Positions 46,501-59,200 of a stretch of DNA of 64,000 nucleotides are shown here, piece after piece. A program made the position numbers and the translations under genes. The DNA is taken from assembly GCF_000002075.1 (NCBI RefSeq), contig NW_004797331.1, positions 1,504,770 to 1,568,769 on the forward strand, in the 5' to 3' direction. Position 1 is the first letter of the stretch; every line of letters begins with the position of its first letter. This DNA is from Aplysia californica. Lineage: Eukaryota. Under the pieces are notes generated by a model. The model was not told the origin of the DNA. It ran no database searches and worked only from the letters and a program-made list of their open reading frames with translations.

Positions 46501-49500
46501 TAGTTGAACCAAAATCTGTGTGCGTTGATCATTTAAAGAGTAAAGAGTGAGAGATCCAGAAACTGGGGCTGACCAAGAAAAGGTGTAAAAGCCAAGAACA
46601 GAGTGATACGAGGTATCTTTCTGCAGCCAGCAAATGGTTCATTCAAAGTCATAAGGACAAAGACAAATGAGACATTCCAGAAGTCGAGGTCTTATACACA
46701 CTACAGACAGTTTTGTCAAATCCCTATTTGATATAGGGTTTTTTTGTTCGTGTTTTACAGTGCTCGCAACTGCATAACGTCATATGAGCGTATGAGAGGC
46801 ACTAAACATGATATGGTTTGATGCATTTGAGGGCAGCCAGACTTTTTTAGGGAGGAACAATTTTATCAAATCCTCTAAAATCCAGAAGGCTTTTACATGT
46901 CACACAACATTGCTTGTTAGATCTTTTCTTAAGAGTACAAAATGTGACAGGCACATCAATCTTATCAGCCATAACTAAATTGGTGCTGTCATTCAGAATT
47001 CGTAAAGCTTATGCATCACTGACAATTTTGGAACTAGATCTCTCGTCCACCATGCCACCAAAATAACCATTGGCAACATTGGGGAAGCAGATAGTGAGAC
47101 TAAATGAAAAAAAAATCAGGTACTTTGTAGAGGAACTTGATTAATAATCTGGATTTGAAAAGTGACTTGGATTTTAGGTAAAAAAATTGTCGGTGATACA
47201 ACACACAGCCACTTGAAAAATATGCCTTCAAGCTTCGAATTCTTGCGAAGAAAGGAAGTATGATTGTCTTTATTTGAACTTGACCAATATTATAAACATG
47301 GATTTGGAAGACTGAGCAGAAACATGTATCTATTACACTCTATGTCGTTCTGGTGGAAGAGGCTTTAAGGAAATGACAAGAAGTGACTCCTTCTGACCGA
47401 AAGGAGTTCATGGACTTGTGGGTCAAATTTGATTCAGCAGAGGCCTATTTGATATAACATGCATGTAAGCCAGCACCACAACCCGAGCTCATCCGATCAT
47501 GCAGATTGGGTCTGTTTAACCAAAGGTCATCTCTTCTTACCGTCATGTTGACCTGGTGTGGTCCAGCACTGACAGCATGTACTACTGTGGCCTGGGTACC
47601 GTCGGGGAGAGTGACCACAGAGTTGCCTGATGGACCCGTGTCAATGTGTATGATGGACACAGTGCCATCTGGATTGTTGATAGTCTGCAGCATGGTGCCT
47701 GCAAACTGTGCACCACTGGGCACAGCAGCCGTGCTACTCTCTTCGCTAAACACATGGAGCAGATCCTCCCGGCCGTGGTGTTTGTAGCAGTCCTTGACGA
47801 TGGTGCGCAAAGCCTCAGTCCATGACACCTGACACCAAAAAAAATTAAAATAAAACAAAGTTCATATTAAATCATTCATATTTAAGTCAATGACCTGCAC
47901 AAGAAATGTCAAATCCTCTAAACTGACAAGCTCATTCAATTCCCCATCATTACAAGAAATAAATCTTGGAAATGACAAATCATTTTTTAAAACTAGTCAC
48001 AAAAATAAGTTTAAAGTTGGCAGACTGCACCACACCTGACAGCAATAACTGTAACCACAATAACTCCCATCTGAAAAGTGAAAAATAGGAATCCTAACTA
48101 ATTTTTTTGTTCTGTGTGTCCAGGGCTACTGTAATGGTTATTTATTTATACTTTAGTTAAGATATGAAACGTTCTGAAAAGTCCTTATTAGATGTTTTTA
48201 GAAAATGTCTATGTTTCTCACACAGCTCATACTATTCCCTCATTCATATCAGAGAAAGACTTAAAACTCACAGACCTTGCCTTACATAGATGTAAATAAT
48301 CAACCCAGCACTGTGTACTTACCCTTTTCTTCTCATCCTCGGAGCGTGCATCGCTTCGCACGTTGGCCCACGGCAGATCGGCGGGCCACCAAATGGGTCG
48401 ACATTCAGGCTTACCCCAGCCTGGCTTACTGCGGCATGTTGAGTACTTGAGCATCTCGGGGATGAAGTTACGCAACTGGGCCTGACAGAGAGAAAAGATT
48501 AATTCGATATAACTTCAGTGACTTAATATTAATAGTATTAGACACAACATTGATTATTTCTAATCTAGAGCAATAAGCCTTAAATGTCACAGTTATAGAA
48601 CAAAAGGAGGAAGAGAAAGAAGTGCGAAACGAAGTCAAAGTAATATATGACATATAACAGCCCAAGTTTTATGACTATGTTCACAATTTTTGTTTTGTCA
48701 TTGGAGGGTGCACCTGCTGATAAACAGTAAATTTAACTTTTTATCCCTATCACAGTGATAGGAAAGGGAAAAAGAGAGAAAGCTGGGAAAGAGACTCATC
48801 ACCTTTGGAGAATAACCTTCAACATGCCCTGTTGCCAGAAGTCTTAAGGCCCAATCAACACAACAGTTTTGCTCAACGTTTTGCAGAATCGCCAGTTCCC
48901 ATTACATCCAACTGTCACTATCTTTTTTTCTGAATTAGAAGACCGTCTTGTACCTGTTAGAAAGAATTCCACTTTAAAACATGTTTATCATCTTCCAGGT
49001 TAAAGGTAGATATCTAAATGCAAGCAATAAAGCCAGACAAGACGTTCAAGAGATTCATTAAGCACCAACCCCTTAACAACAAGAACATCATCCCTCATGA
49101 AGACTTGAGGATTGACACAGATCCAAAGAACCAACAAAGGGCATGTGAAAACTGACCTGAGTCATTTTATCAATCGGTGTTGGAATCCCATCGATGACCA
49201 AGGGAGGTAACTCATGTAAGTGTGTATTGTCTCCCTGATTTTGTGCTGCTTGCTCTTGCAAAGCATTCTCCAGCTCCTGGGTAACTACATTGCGGCAGGT
49301 TCGAATCTGAAAGTAACCATTCAAAACAGAAAAGGGTTACAGGCTAAGTAATATAGCTACTGTAGAACCTTATTCTTAGAAGAAAAAGTGTGTTGTATGC
49401 ACATAAAAATGAAAAAACATGAAAAAAATAATCATAATTTCTTAAGCATCAGTACGTAACATATCCAGACATATTAAAGCTTTTTACAACACCACACAGG

Positions 49501-51943
49501 TATTTTCCACCCTGTCAGAACAAGGATCAGACTTCTGAGCATTATGTTAATACCAGTGTATTCTACTGCCCAAGACAACTAAAATGTCAAGTTCAAAAGC
49601 AGCTCATAGAAAAGATTTAAAAAATCAAATCAATTTTTTCTTTTTTAAACATGCTTTTTTACTTGTGTAATTCCTAAAGGAACGTTATATTATTATTTTC
49701 ATAGAGCATAAAATCCACAGGTGATCAATGATCAAGAGCTATACTGACAGTGACTACACATTCGAAACGTTATAAGGCTTATATTCTGTACCTTACCACT
49801 TTTTTTTTTTAAACGAAGAAAAATGAAGAAAGAAAGAATAATTAAACTAGCTTTCCTCCAACAATGGGCAGAAATAAAACTTCCACTAATGGTTTTACTC
49901 CAGAACTCATTTTATCTATCTCAAAAGAGTCTCTCAGATTAGAGACAAAACTTCCGCATGAATTCAAGGATCAAAGCGCTGGTGAAACAAAACGCACATA
50001 TTTGTTATACCAAACATTGTGCACACACAGAGCCAGCAACCTACCACATTCTCCAGAGGTTGAGAACCAAACACTTTGTACAAGGAACTAGCTGTGCCAG
50101 GTGACCTGCCAGGCGTGCAGCACAAGACCACTGCCTGCTGGCCCACTCGGATGGTATACTCCTCTATGGTGTTTTTCAGCTTTCTATATCAGACAAAGAA
50201 TCAAATGCAAAACATATTTATTAGTTATATTTATTTATTTTTTGGGTGAGGGGTGGGGGAGAAAAAGTTGCATCTCTGCACTTGCAATACGAGTAGGCTT
50301 ACTTCATGCCTCAAAAGCCTACTTCATTTGAAATGTTCAACCCTCTTGTCACACAATTATAAACACCATTTTGCATATAACTCCTAATTTTTGCTGATTT
50401 GATGTCTCATAGTGCAACATCTTGGTTCATGACTGCGCTAGAGACATGAATGGTTCAATATAAATAAGTAATTATAAACACAAGATGACTCAATTTTTCT
50501 TGAATCACTTTTTTTCTCTCACATCTTTCAGTTATAATTCATAGTTACAAACACGACAGTCCATACCTTTTCACCTGATTAATGCAGCCCTTTTTTATTT
50601 GCTTCTGTTTGTGGAAACACACTCACATTAAGTAAACCTATGAATACTCATGTACACATACATTTATCAAGACATAAATGGGAATTATTTACTACGCACA
50701 GGATCTTTCCATGTCGTGTGTCTAGGATAATATAGTGACACTCACAACAAATAGCATTATACTACATGTGAGTCATGTCACGATGTGTTTCCACTTCCAT
50801 ACTCAAAATAATAAACAAAAGCCACAGTTAATCAGTCTCACCTCAATAAACGTGTTTGTTGTCTTTTCCGACGTGATGGATTCGTCTCAAACTGATGAGG
50901 GTGACCTTTCTTTTTCCCTGTGGCAATAGCAGCAGCTGCAGCAATTCCTACAGGTCCTGTCAACAAGAAAGATGAAAGATTCAAAGATGTATGTGGGTAT
51001 CTAAATAAATGTGGTGATATTTTAAACTCTACCGATCTTATACAAATTGAGGAAGGAGTGTCCTAAAAAATTTACACCCACAAACCATGTTACAGATAGC
51101 ATTAACCTGTTGCTGTGAAAGCAAGGATTGACCTGCGAATTCAACACATACTGTCTGTACCTCATGTTAGGAGTAGATCCGTCAAAAACAGACGTTCATG
51201 GTTGAGAAATATTCAACAAATTCATCAATAAATTGACTGGGGCTGCTGTACAAGGGAGCACACCTACCAAATGATCCACAATCTATCTGAAGAACCCACT
51301 TTTCACATGCCAATCTCAAATTGGTCTAATCGACTAAACATATTTTTCATACCAGTTGCAGAGTGCCATAAGAAAAACAAAACAAAACATGTATCACACT
51401 TCCTTGTCCCACCCGGTTTGCTGCACCTTAATATTAATTATTATTAACTCAGTTTCCTTGCCAGTCACTATAAATAACTCAACATAAACTTTTTATGAAC
51501 TGTGCTCACTTAAGAAATGCATGATGTCTTGCCTCAATTAATAAGCTGTGTTATTAATTTAATATTTAATACTGCCCTTACACATGGAGTTAGCTATAGA
51601 CACTTTATTGCCAAGTCAAATATTTTTCTTACCCGACAACTTGATCAATGACAATGTACGGCATTGCTTTCATTTTAATAAATTTATAAACATAAACTTC
51701 AAAGGCTATCTCCGTCTTGCTGGCAACTAATCATCATTGCCTACCTGCAGCCGCTAGCTGTGCTGTCACCTCATCCGTCATTGAACCATGGATGAGATCA
51801 GCAGCATCAAATGCACTCTCTGGTGAGGAGGGGCCATCACTCATTTCATCCTCCATAATTCCTGTGTTGATATGAGAGCCACCAATGGTGATTCCTCCTG
51901 TCATGGTGCCATGGACACCATTGCCAATACCTGAGTTCATCAT
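43469..51943 (-). CDS. NRF1: Nuclear respiratory factor 1 / erect wing / P3A2-family transcription factor, 9 coding exons, ~474 aa
   Basis: Minus-strand exons 51943-51745, 50956-50842, 50183-50045, 49306-49157, 48481-48323, 47828-47541, 45780-45594, 45076-44994, 43573-43469 (1425 nt, in phase). Hallmarks: DEVTAQLAAAGPVGIAAAAAIATGKK, RKRQQTRLLRKL, RVGQQAVVL, LPPLVIDGIPTPIDKMTQAQLRNFIPEMLKYST, KPGWGK..PIWWP..PWANVRSD, VSWTEALRTIVK, NPDGTVSII. Confidence 0.96.
43722..44510. mobile_element. Tc1/mariner-pogo-like MITE in last NRF1 intron
   Basis: TA|CAGTGGAACTCAGATTCAAC ... GTTGAATCAGAGTTCCACTG|TA. Confidence 0.82.
44994..45076 (-). CDS. NRF1: NRF1 coding exon 8
   Basis: GIVTIPASMYQQMTGLALPDSAQATIQQ; |gtgagg. 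Confidence 0.9.
45594..45780 (-). CDS. NRF1: NRF1 coding exon 7
   Basis: EATQAVQTLAEVAANQQ...ATLSQNGQIILSGDG; g|gtgaga. Confidence 0.9.
45965..46350 (+). mobile_element. Copy of ~380-bp retroposon
   Basis: Colinear with 12695-13075. Confidence 0.75.
47541..47828 (-). CDS. NRF1: NRF1 coding exon 6
   Basis: VSWTEALRTIVKDCYKHHGREDLL...INNPDGTVSIIHIDTG...VVTLPDGTQATVV; strongest donor acg|gtaaga (in-frame alternatives at 47553 and 47574). Confidence 0.9.
48323..48481 (-). CDS. NRF1: NRF1 coding exon 5
   Basis: AQLRNFIPEMLKYSTCRSKPGWGKPECRPIWWPADLPWANVRSDARSEDEKKR; |gtaagt. Confidence 0.96.
49157..49306 (-). CDS. NRF1: NRF1 coding exon 4
   Basis: IRTCRNVVTQELENALQEQA...LPPLVIDGIPTPIDKMTQ; |gtcagt. 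Confidence 0.95.
50045..50183 (-). CDS. NRF1: NRF1 coding exon 3
   Basis: KLKNTIEEYTIRVGQQAVVLCCTPG...YKVFGSQPLENV; |gtaggt. Confidence 0.95.
50842..50956 (-). CDS. NRF1: NRF1 coding exon 2
   Basis: GPVGIAAAAAIATGKKKGHPHQFETNPSRRKRQQTRLL; |gtgaga. Confidence 0.95.
51745..51943 (-). CDS. NRF1: NRF1 first coding exon
   Basis: Acceptor at 51953; MMNSGIG...EDEMSDGPSSPESAFD...TDEVTAQLAAA; g|gtaggc. Confidence 0.9.
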
Positions 51944-52358
51944 CTTGACAGATCTGGCAAGATGGAAACAGAGTCTTAGTACTTTGACTTTGAACAAAAT
52001 AACTTTTATAACATTTGTTGTATTAATAACATACAGCTTTATCGGGAGACATCCCAAATTGAATTGGGCATTTTTGTGGAATGATTTTGATGATAAAAGC
52101 AATTAGAAAGAAAAAAATATCACACCATCACCATCAGTATCCCTGGTTAAAGCTCTTGAATTTTGGAGTATTTTCCCTTTATCTTAAAATGAACTGAGGC
52201 AGCACGGCACACTAACCTCTAGCCTACTTTACGATTGGTAAGATAAATTATGAAACTTCTCATTGGCAACCTTTCTAGCTGCTGACAATAACAAATAAAA
52301 AGTATGGCAGGAATTTCATTTTTATACAAACAACCACTATAAAGTGTCATTGTGGGGA

Positions 52359-52505
52359 GGAATTCCATAACAAGCGACCACTATGAAACAAAATAGAATA
52401 GAGAGTTAGGGTGAAGGTTTGAGGTAGGGTTATGGGTACGGGTAGGGGTACGGGAAGGGTTAGGTCTCTTCTGTTTGTTGTGGTGGTCGCTCGTTACGGA
52501 AGTCC
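52359..52505. mobile_element. Small MITE with telomere-like G-rich core
   Basis: TIR GGAATTCCATAACAAGCGACCAC / GTGGTCGCTCGTTACGGAAGTCC; core of ttaggg/gtaggg/tacggg variants. Confidence 0.65.
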
Positions 52506-53147
52506 TTTCAAAAATAGGTCCTACAACACTACAACAAATTTAAGTGACAGCTCGTCTACAAGTTTCATTTTTTGTCTCTTTCATTCTCCTTTCCTCAGAT
52601 ACACGCACAGAGACTTGTCTGAATTGAGCACTGTAGTTTACTGATAGGCCTACATCTCCTCCCCAGACAAGCATGATTCAAGTTATTAAGTTACTGTGGG
52701 CTGAAGGACAGAAGTGTTGTTTGCCTATTATTCCTTTAGCAGGCTAGGCAGAGGCTTTTAAATTTAGCAAGACTGAGTTTGTCATATGCTAAGAATATAT
52801 ATGAAAAATGTAACAAGAACAAAATAAAAAGCCTTAAAGCGGTTGAAAAAAATAATTGAATGGGCACCCCGGACCCTCCTCCCGTTTTTAAACGAATGAA
52901 GGCTACTTTTAACTTCAAGTAATACTTTGTTAGTCACCTTTTATTTCATGATAAAAATAGCTTATCTTTGGTTTTTGGTGTTTTACGGCACTCGCAACTG
53001 TATAAAAGGTCATTTGACTCTTGAGCCCTGGATACACCGAACATCTGAGATTCTCCATTGAGAGAATTAAAAACTGGGGAAAATCATGAATTCCTAAGGT
53101 TGAGACATCAAAGTCAGTCTGCTGGTCCGGTATTCTTCAATCTTACC

Positions 53148-53500
53148 AAGGCTAGGTGCAATCTATCTTACCTATCATAAAAGATAAGGGGTGTGGCAGA
53201 AAGACAGCTGAGTAGGAAGGAGCCAAGGAGAAGCAGTAGAAAGAGTCAGGGGCCCAGAGGAGGGGGCAAGGGAGGTGAGGGGGTGGGGGCAGAAAGTGAA
53301 GGCGAAAGCAGACAACAGAACCAATGTCAGGAGAGAGCAGGAAAGGAGGTGAATGGAGAAAATTATAGAGATGAATCTAGATCTAGGCCTAGATCTAGAT
53401 CTATCTCTAGAATCTATAAGAAAAAGTTCCACCCCTATCCGGATTAGAACCCGGGAGTGAGACGGGACCTGGAATGAGAGGCGAACACCTTAAAACCCCT
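53148..53500 (-). mobile_element. tRNA-derived SINE (same family as 39244-39570)
   Basis: B-box-like GGTTCTAATCC on minus strand; homologous purine-rich body. Confidence 0.6.
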
Positions 53501-54059
53501 AGCCCCCCTTAAACTTGAAATAGTTTGTTGAGATTGTGAATGTGACTGAGTGGGAATAAAAAAATAAATTCCAAAACTGAAGACTGAAGTAGCCTCAAGG
53601 CAAACTTTAGAACGTTAGACATCTCTAGATTCTAGATCTAGAATCTACATCAGAAACTTTTCTCGGGGGATCTACATCTAGAAATCTAGATCTAGATCTA
53701 GAGGCTCACTTTCGATAAGAAATGAGTTCAATTCTATTCGTAAGTGATGGTTAGTCTGACAAGGACATTGAACTGGGCTATGACTGTGGGAGAGGAAGGG
53801 CGACAGCGAGCGAGGTCGCTGGCCCCCTGGACTCTAGCAGCAGTCGACGTAAGCAGTGTAAGCCTAGGCTAGGCCTTCCTGGTTCGTGATTTGTGAAGAA
53901 GAGTGCCGGAACATTGAAAGTTGAAGGACGAAGCACGACCTCGATTTACGCAAACGACGGCCATTTTGATTCACAAGCAAAGAGATATTATTTGAATGAG
54001 TCTTCCATCCATAGTCATACAATATTTCATTCACCATTTTAATCATAGGATTACAACTC

Positions 54060-54930
54060 ATGGCTCACTCAGGACCGGTCGCGACCATCAACAAAAATAA
54101 CGAAAGTACACTCACTGCGCAAGCACAGAATTTGGGAAATGTGCAATCTGCGTCTGCGCTTCGGGCTTGCGCGCAAAGCATCCCAAGACAATATGAGTTT
54201 GGGGGGGACAGCTACTGATCTCTTCCAATATCAATTTATTTCTTGGAAATATTGCTATGCATCTAAATGAACCTCAATAGGGCATACGGCCCCACTGATA
54301 CGTAATGAATGAGTTATACATGTGCTAATTTCAAGACATAATCGAGTTGTACCACCGACTTGAATAGTCGAACTGAGGGAAGCCATGTAGGTCATTTCAC
54401 AGACCTACGATTGTCTGCGACTGCGCAGACTTTTACCTTGCTTTGCTTGGTTACCACTGAAGAACGAACTCACCTGTCCCGAATTAATATCCGTAAAGCT
54501 CTTAAAACAGACGTTTTGATTATGATCACATTGCCACTGAGACGAAAATTCAGTTGGTGACACAAGTGCCTAACCGCCTATTTCCCTTTGTTGAAGTTCT
54601 TCGACCAACTCGCTTAAAAGTATTCATACCCCAGAACACTGAACGACTTACTACTCAAAGCTCTTATTAATTCGATATTAAAGAGTGCGTGTTAATTTTC
54701 GTCGTAATTTGCAGAAATGAAGTGCTGGAAATGATTTCATGACTTATTTGCTATAGCATTTGAATATGTAAACTATTTTTCAGTAACTTTTATGTTATAA
54801 AATTGTCTCAATGCAACAGTCTTTTCTTGAGTTATTACGTCATTATGAGATCACAAGCACATGGGTGAAGAGGTAGCCCTGTGAATGTGACGTTTTTCGT
54901 GTTGCGTTCTGTGACGCAGTCCGTAAGATA
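54060..54930. promoter_or_regulatory. Putative bidirectional promoter between NRF1 (-) and GNB1L (+)
   Basis: CpG-retaining stretch between divergent genes; NRF1-like TGCG motifs at 54116-54127, 54149-54160, 54167-54176, 54416-54427; CRE-like TTACGTCA/TGACG near 54835-54915; candidate GNB1L 5'UTR donor cc|gtaaga at 54922. Confidence 0.55.
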
Positions 54931-55279
54931 ACTTGACTTTGACTGAAATGTTTATTGTTTGTTTTCACTGTACCTGAATTTTTTTTGTAAATTCTGCAAT
55001 TTTAAGAAAAAGGTCTTGGTTGTTGCTTTTATGTTGGGGGAGTGAGGGGGGGGGGGGGGGGGGGGGCGGTTGTTTGTTGAAAAATAATGATGAAAGGGGG
55101 TTATGATAGCTGCGAAAGGAAATTGTAACGTTGTCGCTTTCGAATTATTTCGAAATATTTAATTTCAGTGCATACAAATCAGCCGAACATTTATTATTTA
55201 CCGTACTTCGGTAATGACACTAGATCTAGATTTAGATCTATTTGGGTTTTTTTTAAAACACCATTTAGACTGAAGCTTA

Positions 55280-55620
55280 TTTTTAAGCACGTATAATATA
55301 GTTCATTGAATTGTCGAATGCAACGCCTTATTATTATATTAAATAAATGTGAGTACTTGGAAGTGACACTGACTGTGATGGGAGTGGTAGGTCTCTCCAA
55401 GTGGGTCCATTGCATGTTATGTACTCTATTTTGGTATTTCCCACAGAATGAAATGTAGATCTACCACTTTCAATTTTTAAGGATATAGTGAATAATGTGA
55501 TTCTTTTACTCAAACGAAACTTTAAAGCAAAATCGATTCTGACATGTTGTCTGTTACCAAAGATACTATCTTTGCTGTTACTGTTGGCTTGCAGCGAATT
55601 TGATGTAGTGAGAAGTGTGG
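55280..55620 (-). mobile_element. Old LINE (CR1/L2 group) ORF2 C-terminal remnant
   Basis: LKFRLS...LKIESGR...C motif in ORF 55334-55624; degenerate. Confidence 0.45.
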
Positions 55621-56109
55621 ACAAATACTAATAGTCATTAATTAAAGTTTTAGTATCATGTTATACAAATTTCAACTGTCTAGACTTTCAATGTATTTTT
55701 TTTTTAATAGTCTAGTACTAGCATAGGCCTGCTCACTTTGCTTCTCTGGAAATTTGTTACGGTTAATCTTTTCGAAAACAATCCACAATAATAATATTTT
55801 ATATAATAAATTTTATTTATAATCTGTGACATCTTTTCCTTGAAGATTTGTTCAAGGATGAAGTACCATGTCACTAGGCCTGCTACAATTTCTTGCTTTT
55901 TCATTATGATTATATCACATGTGTTTGATTTTTAATCTTTTTCTAAATTATTTTGAGAAAATTTAGGGGAGCTATGATTTTTTAAAATAGATCTAGATCT
56001 ATATATGCCATAAATGCTCACATTTGTCCTAACTAACAAGAGATTTTTCATTCCCATTTATGTATTGTTGTATCAATAAGCAACAGAAACCAGTTAAGAC
56101 GGTGCCGCC

Positions 56110-56259
56110 ATGACAGCTTCCTCTTCGACTCGGCTTCCCCCTCCTGATCCAGTGACTATCCTATGCGACGCCCGGCGACTGGGAGTTTATTCACTGATAT
56201 TTGGACCACAAGGCACAGTTCATGAGATGAGCCTTTTTTCCGGTCACGAAGAGGGCCTG
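56110..56259 (+). CDS. GNB1L: GNB1L coding exon 1
   Basis: MTASSSTRLPPPDPVTIL...SLFSGHEEGL; |gtactt. Confidence 0.85.
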
Positions 56260-59200
56260 GTACTTAATTCATTTTTGTCTTTTAAGCTAGCTATACTTTG
56301 ATAGCAGACAAAATCTACAGCAGTTCTACACAAGGAAGTTTTGAGTGTACTGACATGGGTAATGAAGTAGCACATAATTTAATCAAATCAATATAAAAGC
56401 ATGACAAGAAGTGTTTCTTTCCAATCCACTCCATGGTTCACATGGTTGGAAAGACTAAGGTGCCTCTCGTAAGTTAAACATCTCAACTCTCCATCTTTAA
56501 AATCTTTTGTTTCTTTTGGCCTATTTTACTTTTTTCCTCACACTGAGTGACTGGTATCTCTTCAATGTGTTTCTTTTTACTCTAGCTATGCTTTTTCTCA
56601 TTTTTTTTCTTTAAATAAAACAGCTAGTGTTGCTTTTAAAGGTGTTGACTGTTGACTGAATACTTCACGTTATCAGTATTGATGAATTATACAGCACAGT
56701 GACTATTCAATAATTCGTGACTTCCTACCCTTTTCTGGCTTCCCATCATCTCTTTCTTGTGAAGCACATTGCTCTTGACTTTGCATATTTCTTTATACAG
56801 TTGGGGTCAAGCTTAAATTGAAATAAATACGTAAACACTGTGCATGCAATAAAGATCATGCAATACAGGTCTATATATGGAGAAGAAAAAAAGCAGACCC
56901 TTTGAAGAAAAGAGTTGAAGAATCTTTACATGTTCGACATACATTGTTCCATTTTTAAGCCTTCCTATTTTTTGACAATAGAAAATAAGGATTCGTCTTA
57001 TTGTGGATCAATGATGGAGATCTTAAGAACTTTGGGTTTGCTTTTGTATTTTGAAAACCGGTTTGCTTTTCACAACTGCTTATGCTATCCAATGCAATCC
57101 CATTTTGTTGTGAAAATTGGGATGTGGCAGCATGCTAAGATTTTTGTTGTTGCAAAACTGTCTTTTGCGCTGAGAAAACAGAAAACTTCTTTCTATTAGG
57201 CCTATTATGATAATATTCCTGCTTGCAGATCATTGAATGGAGCTTGGTACGAAATCGCCCAGAGTGCTCATGGAATGCCCATGGTGGCACAGTGTTGTGG
57301 ATGGACATCAGGAGTATGGACGGGAACTGTTTCTTGTTTTCGCAAGGTAGAGATGGCACCATCAAGGTCTGGTCTTGCAGTTGCGGTTTATGGACTCCAC
57401 AAGGTATGGCACTAGAAATTTCCGCTGCGTCTCATTACACCGCAGCTTGAATGAAGTGTAACAGTTGGAACAATTTTTATCATTTCCCTGTTCCTGACTC
57501 ATTGTTAAGGGCAATAGCCTCAGATGCATGGAACAGAATGGAACTGGTTGATGTTGAGATATGATGCTTACATCATACAAAAATACAGTGCACGGCGCAC
57601 GAAATCAGCCGAAATCGCGCCTTTTAGTTGCACCGCAGCTCCCGCTGTCCGGAGGTAATTAATCTCCCGGCCCGGTACTTGTTGACCTTTTTTATTGGGG
57701 TCATTCGACCTCATCGCACCGTTATAAACTGGGATGCGTTCTCGATAAAATTGTCTCATTTACTACCTGAATTGTAGTTGTGCCGTTAGACCCACCAAGT
57801 AGTTTTAATTTATAGACTTTAGCAACACCATTTCTCCTCCTCTTAAAGAAAGTCCCAGTCTTCTAAGTTTTATACCAAGTGTTCCACACATGTCTGTTTG
57901 CTGCATGTGTAACACGCTTTTCTCATTTCAAACTGAGGATAAATAATCATTTATTGCAACAAAACGGTGCATTGAATTTTTTGGGATTAGTATGTGCGTG
58001 TTCAGTAACAAATCCTGTTTTAAGTGTGTAAATTTCAGTACTACCGCAGTTGTGATTGTTAAGCTACATCGGATTATTGCGTTGGGCCCGCGAATTTACT
58101 CACATTATTGCTGTATAAAACAATGACCTTAAAATGGAGCACACCCCTGAAAGTCATGTATCCGCTTTAGACAGTCTGTTTAGAGTGTACGGAAGACTGA
58201 ACATTACAGGGAGGCAGAGAAAATCCTTTAAAAAGCCGTATTTATGTTCGGAAATAGCCAGTGATCTCTTCCTTGTGTTTGGGTGGAATATCAAAGATGA
58301 CATTAGTGACAAACACTCCAAATTTATGTGTTTGAAATGTTATAAAACGATCTATGACGCTAAACTTCGAAATAGTGCAGTGTCCCTACAAACATTTGGT
58401 GTGCTTACATTGAAGACTGTGATGCGAAAACATACGCAGTCTGTGAACAGAAAAAAAAATTGCTCTCTCTTGGCTGTGCCACAGTAAAGCAACGTTACCC
58501 CCAGTCTTCCTACAGCAATCAAGAAACATACACATACCAAGCTAGTCCTAGCACCAGCATTTCTGAGACAGACACAACCACACAGAGTACATGTACCCGT
58601 GCTCTCAGCACACTCAACTCAAAAAAGACCCACACACAGTACAAGTCAGAATTGCCACACCAACCCTCAGTCTGTTTACCCAGTCAGTGACCAACACATA
58701 GATGTACAACATGCAGAGACAATGATTCAGGACATGTGTGTATACATAATAATAAAACCTATAGAGCCTTCTCAATAATTTGTGAGGAGTTAAATAAGGG
58801 AAATGTGTGGATATTTACGGCAAAGTGATGTATAGATCAACCATTTTCAGGTTACGGAAATTGCGGTAGCAGTGAAATTTGGTGAGTAGATAGCCTTAAG
58901 TATTACGTTTATGTCCCTCAAAGATGAACTTATCCTGATGCTCAGTTTTCTAATTATCGGCGCTCGTTACGTCATAACTGGAAACGCTAACGGGAATCAG
59001 ATATGACCATCTTGCACTTTCTGTTACAACTAAACCGACAAATACTGATTCACTTTGTTTTTGAAAAATCATGGAAAAGGCTTGGAACTTCTGATTCCCT
59101 CATGCAGTGATATCTTTCTGTCAATATTGTTGCGTTAATTAGCGCTCAATTCAGGATGAAAAATACGATTTTCTAAACCTCCCGCACGGTCATGCTGACC

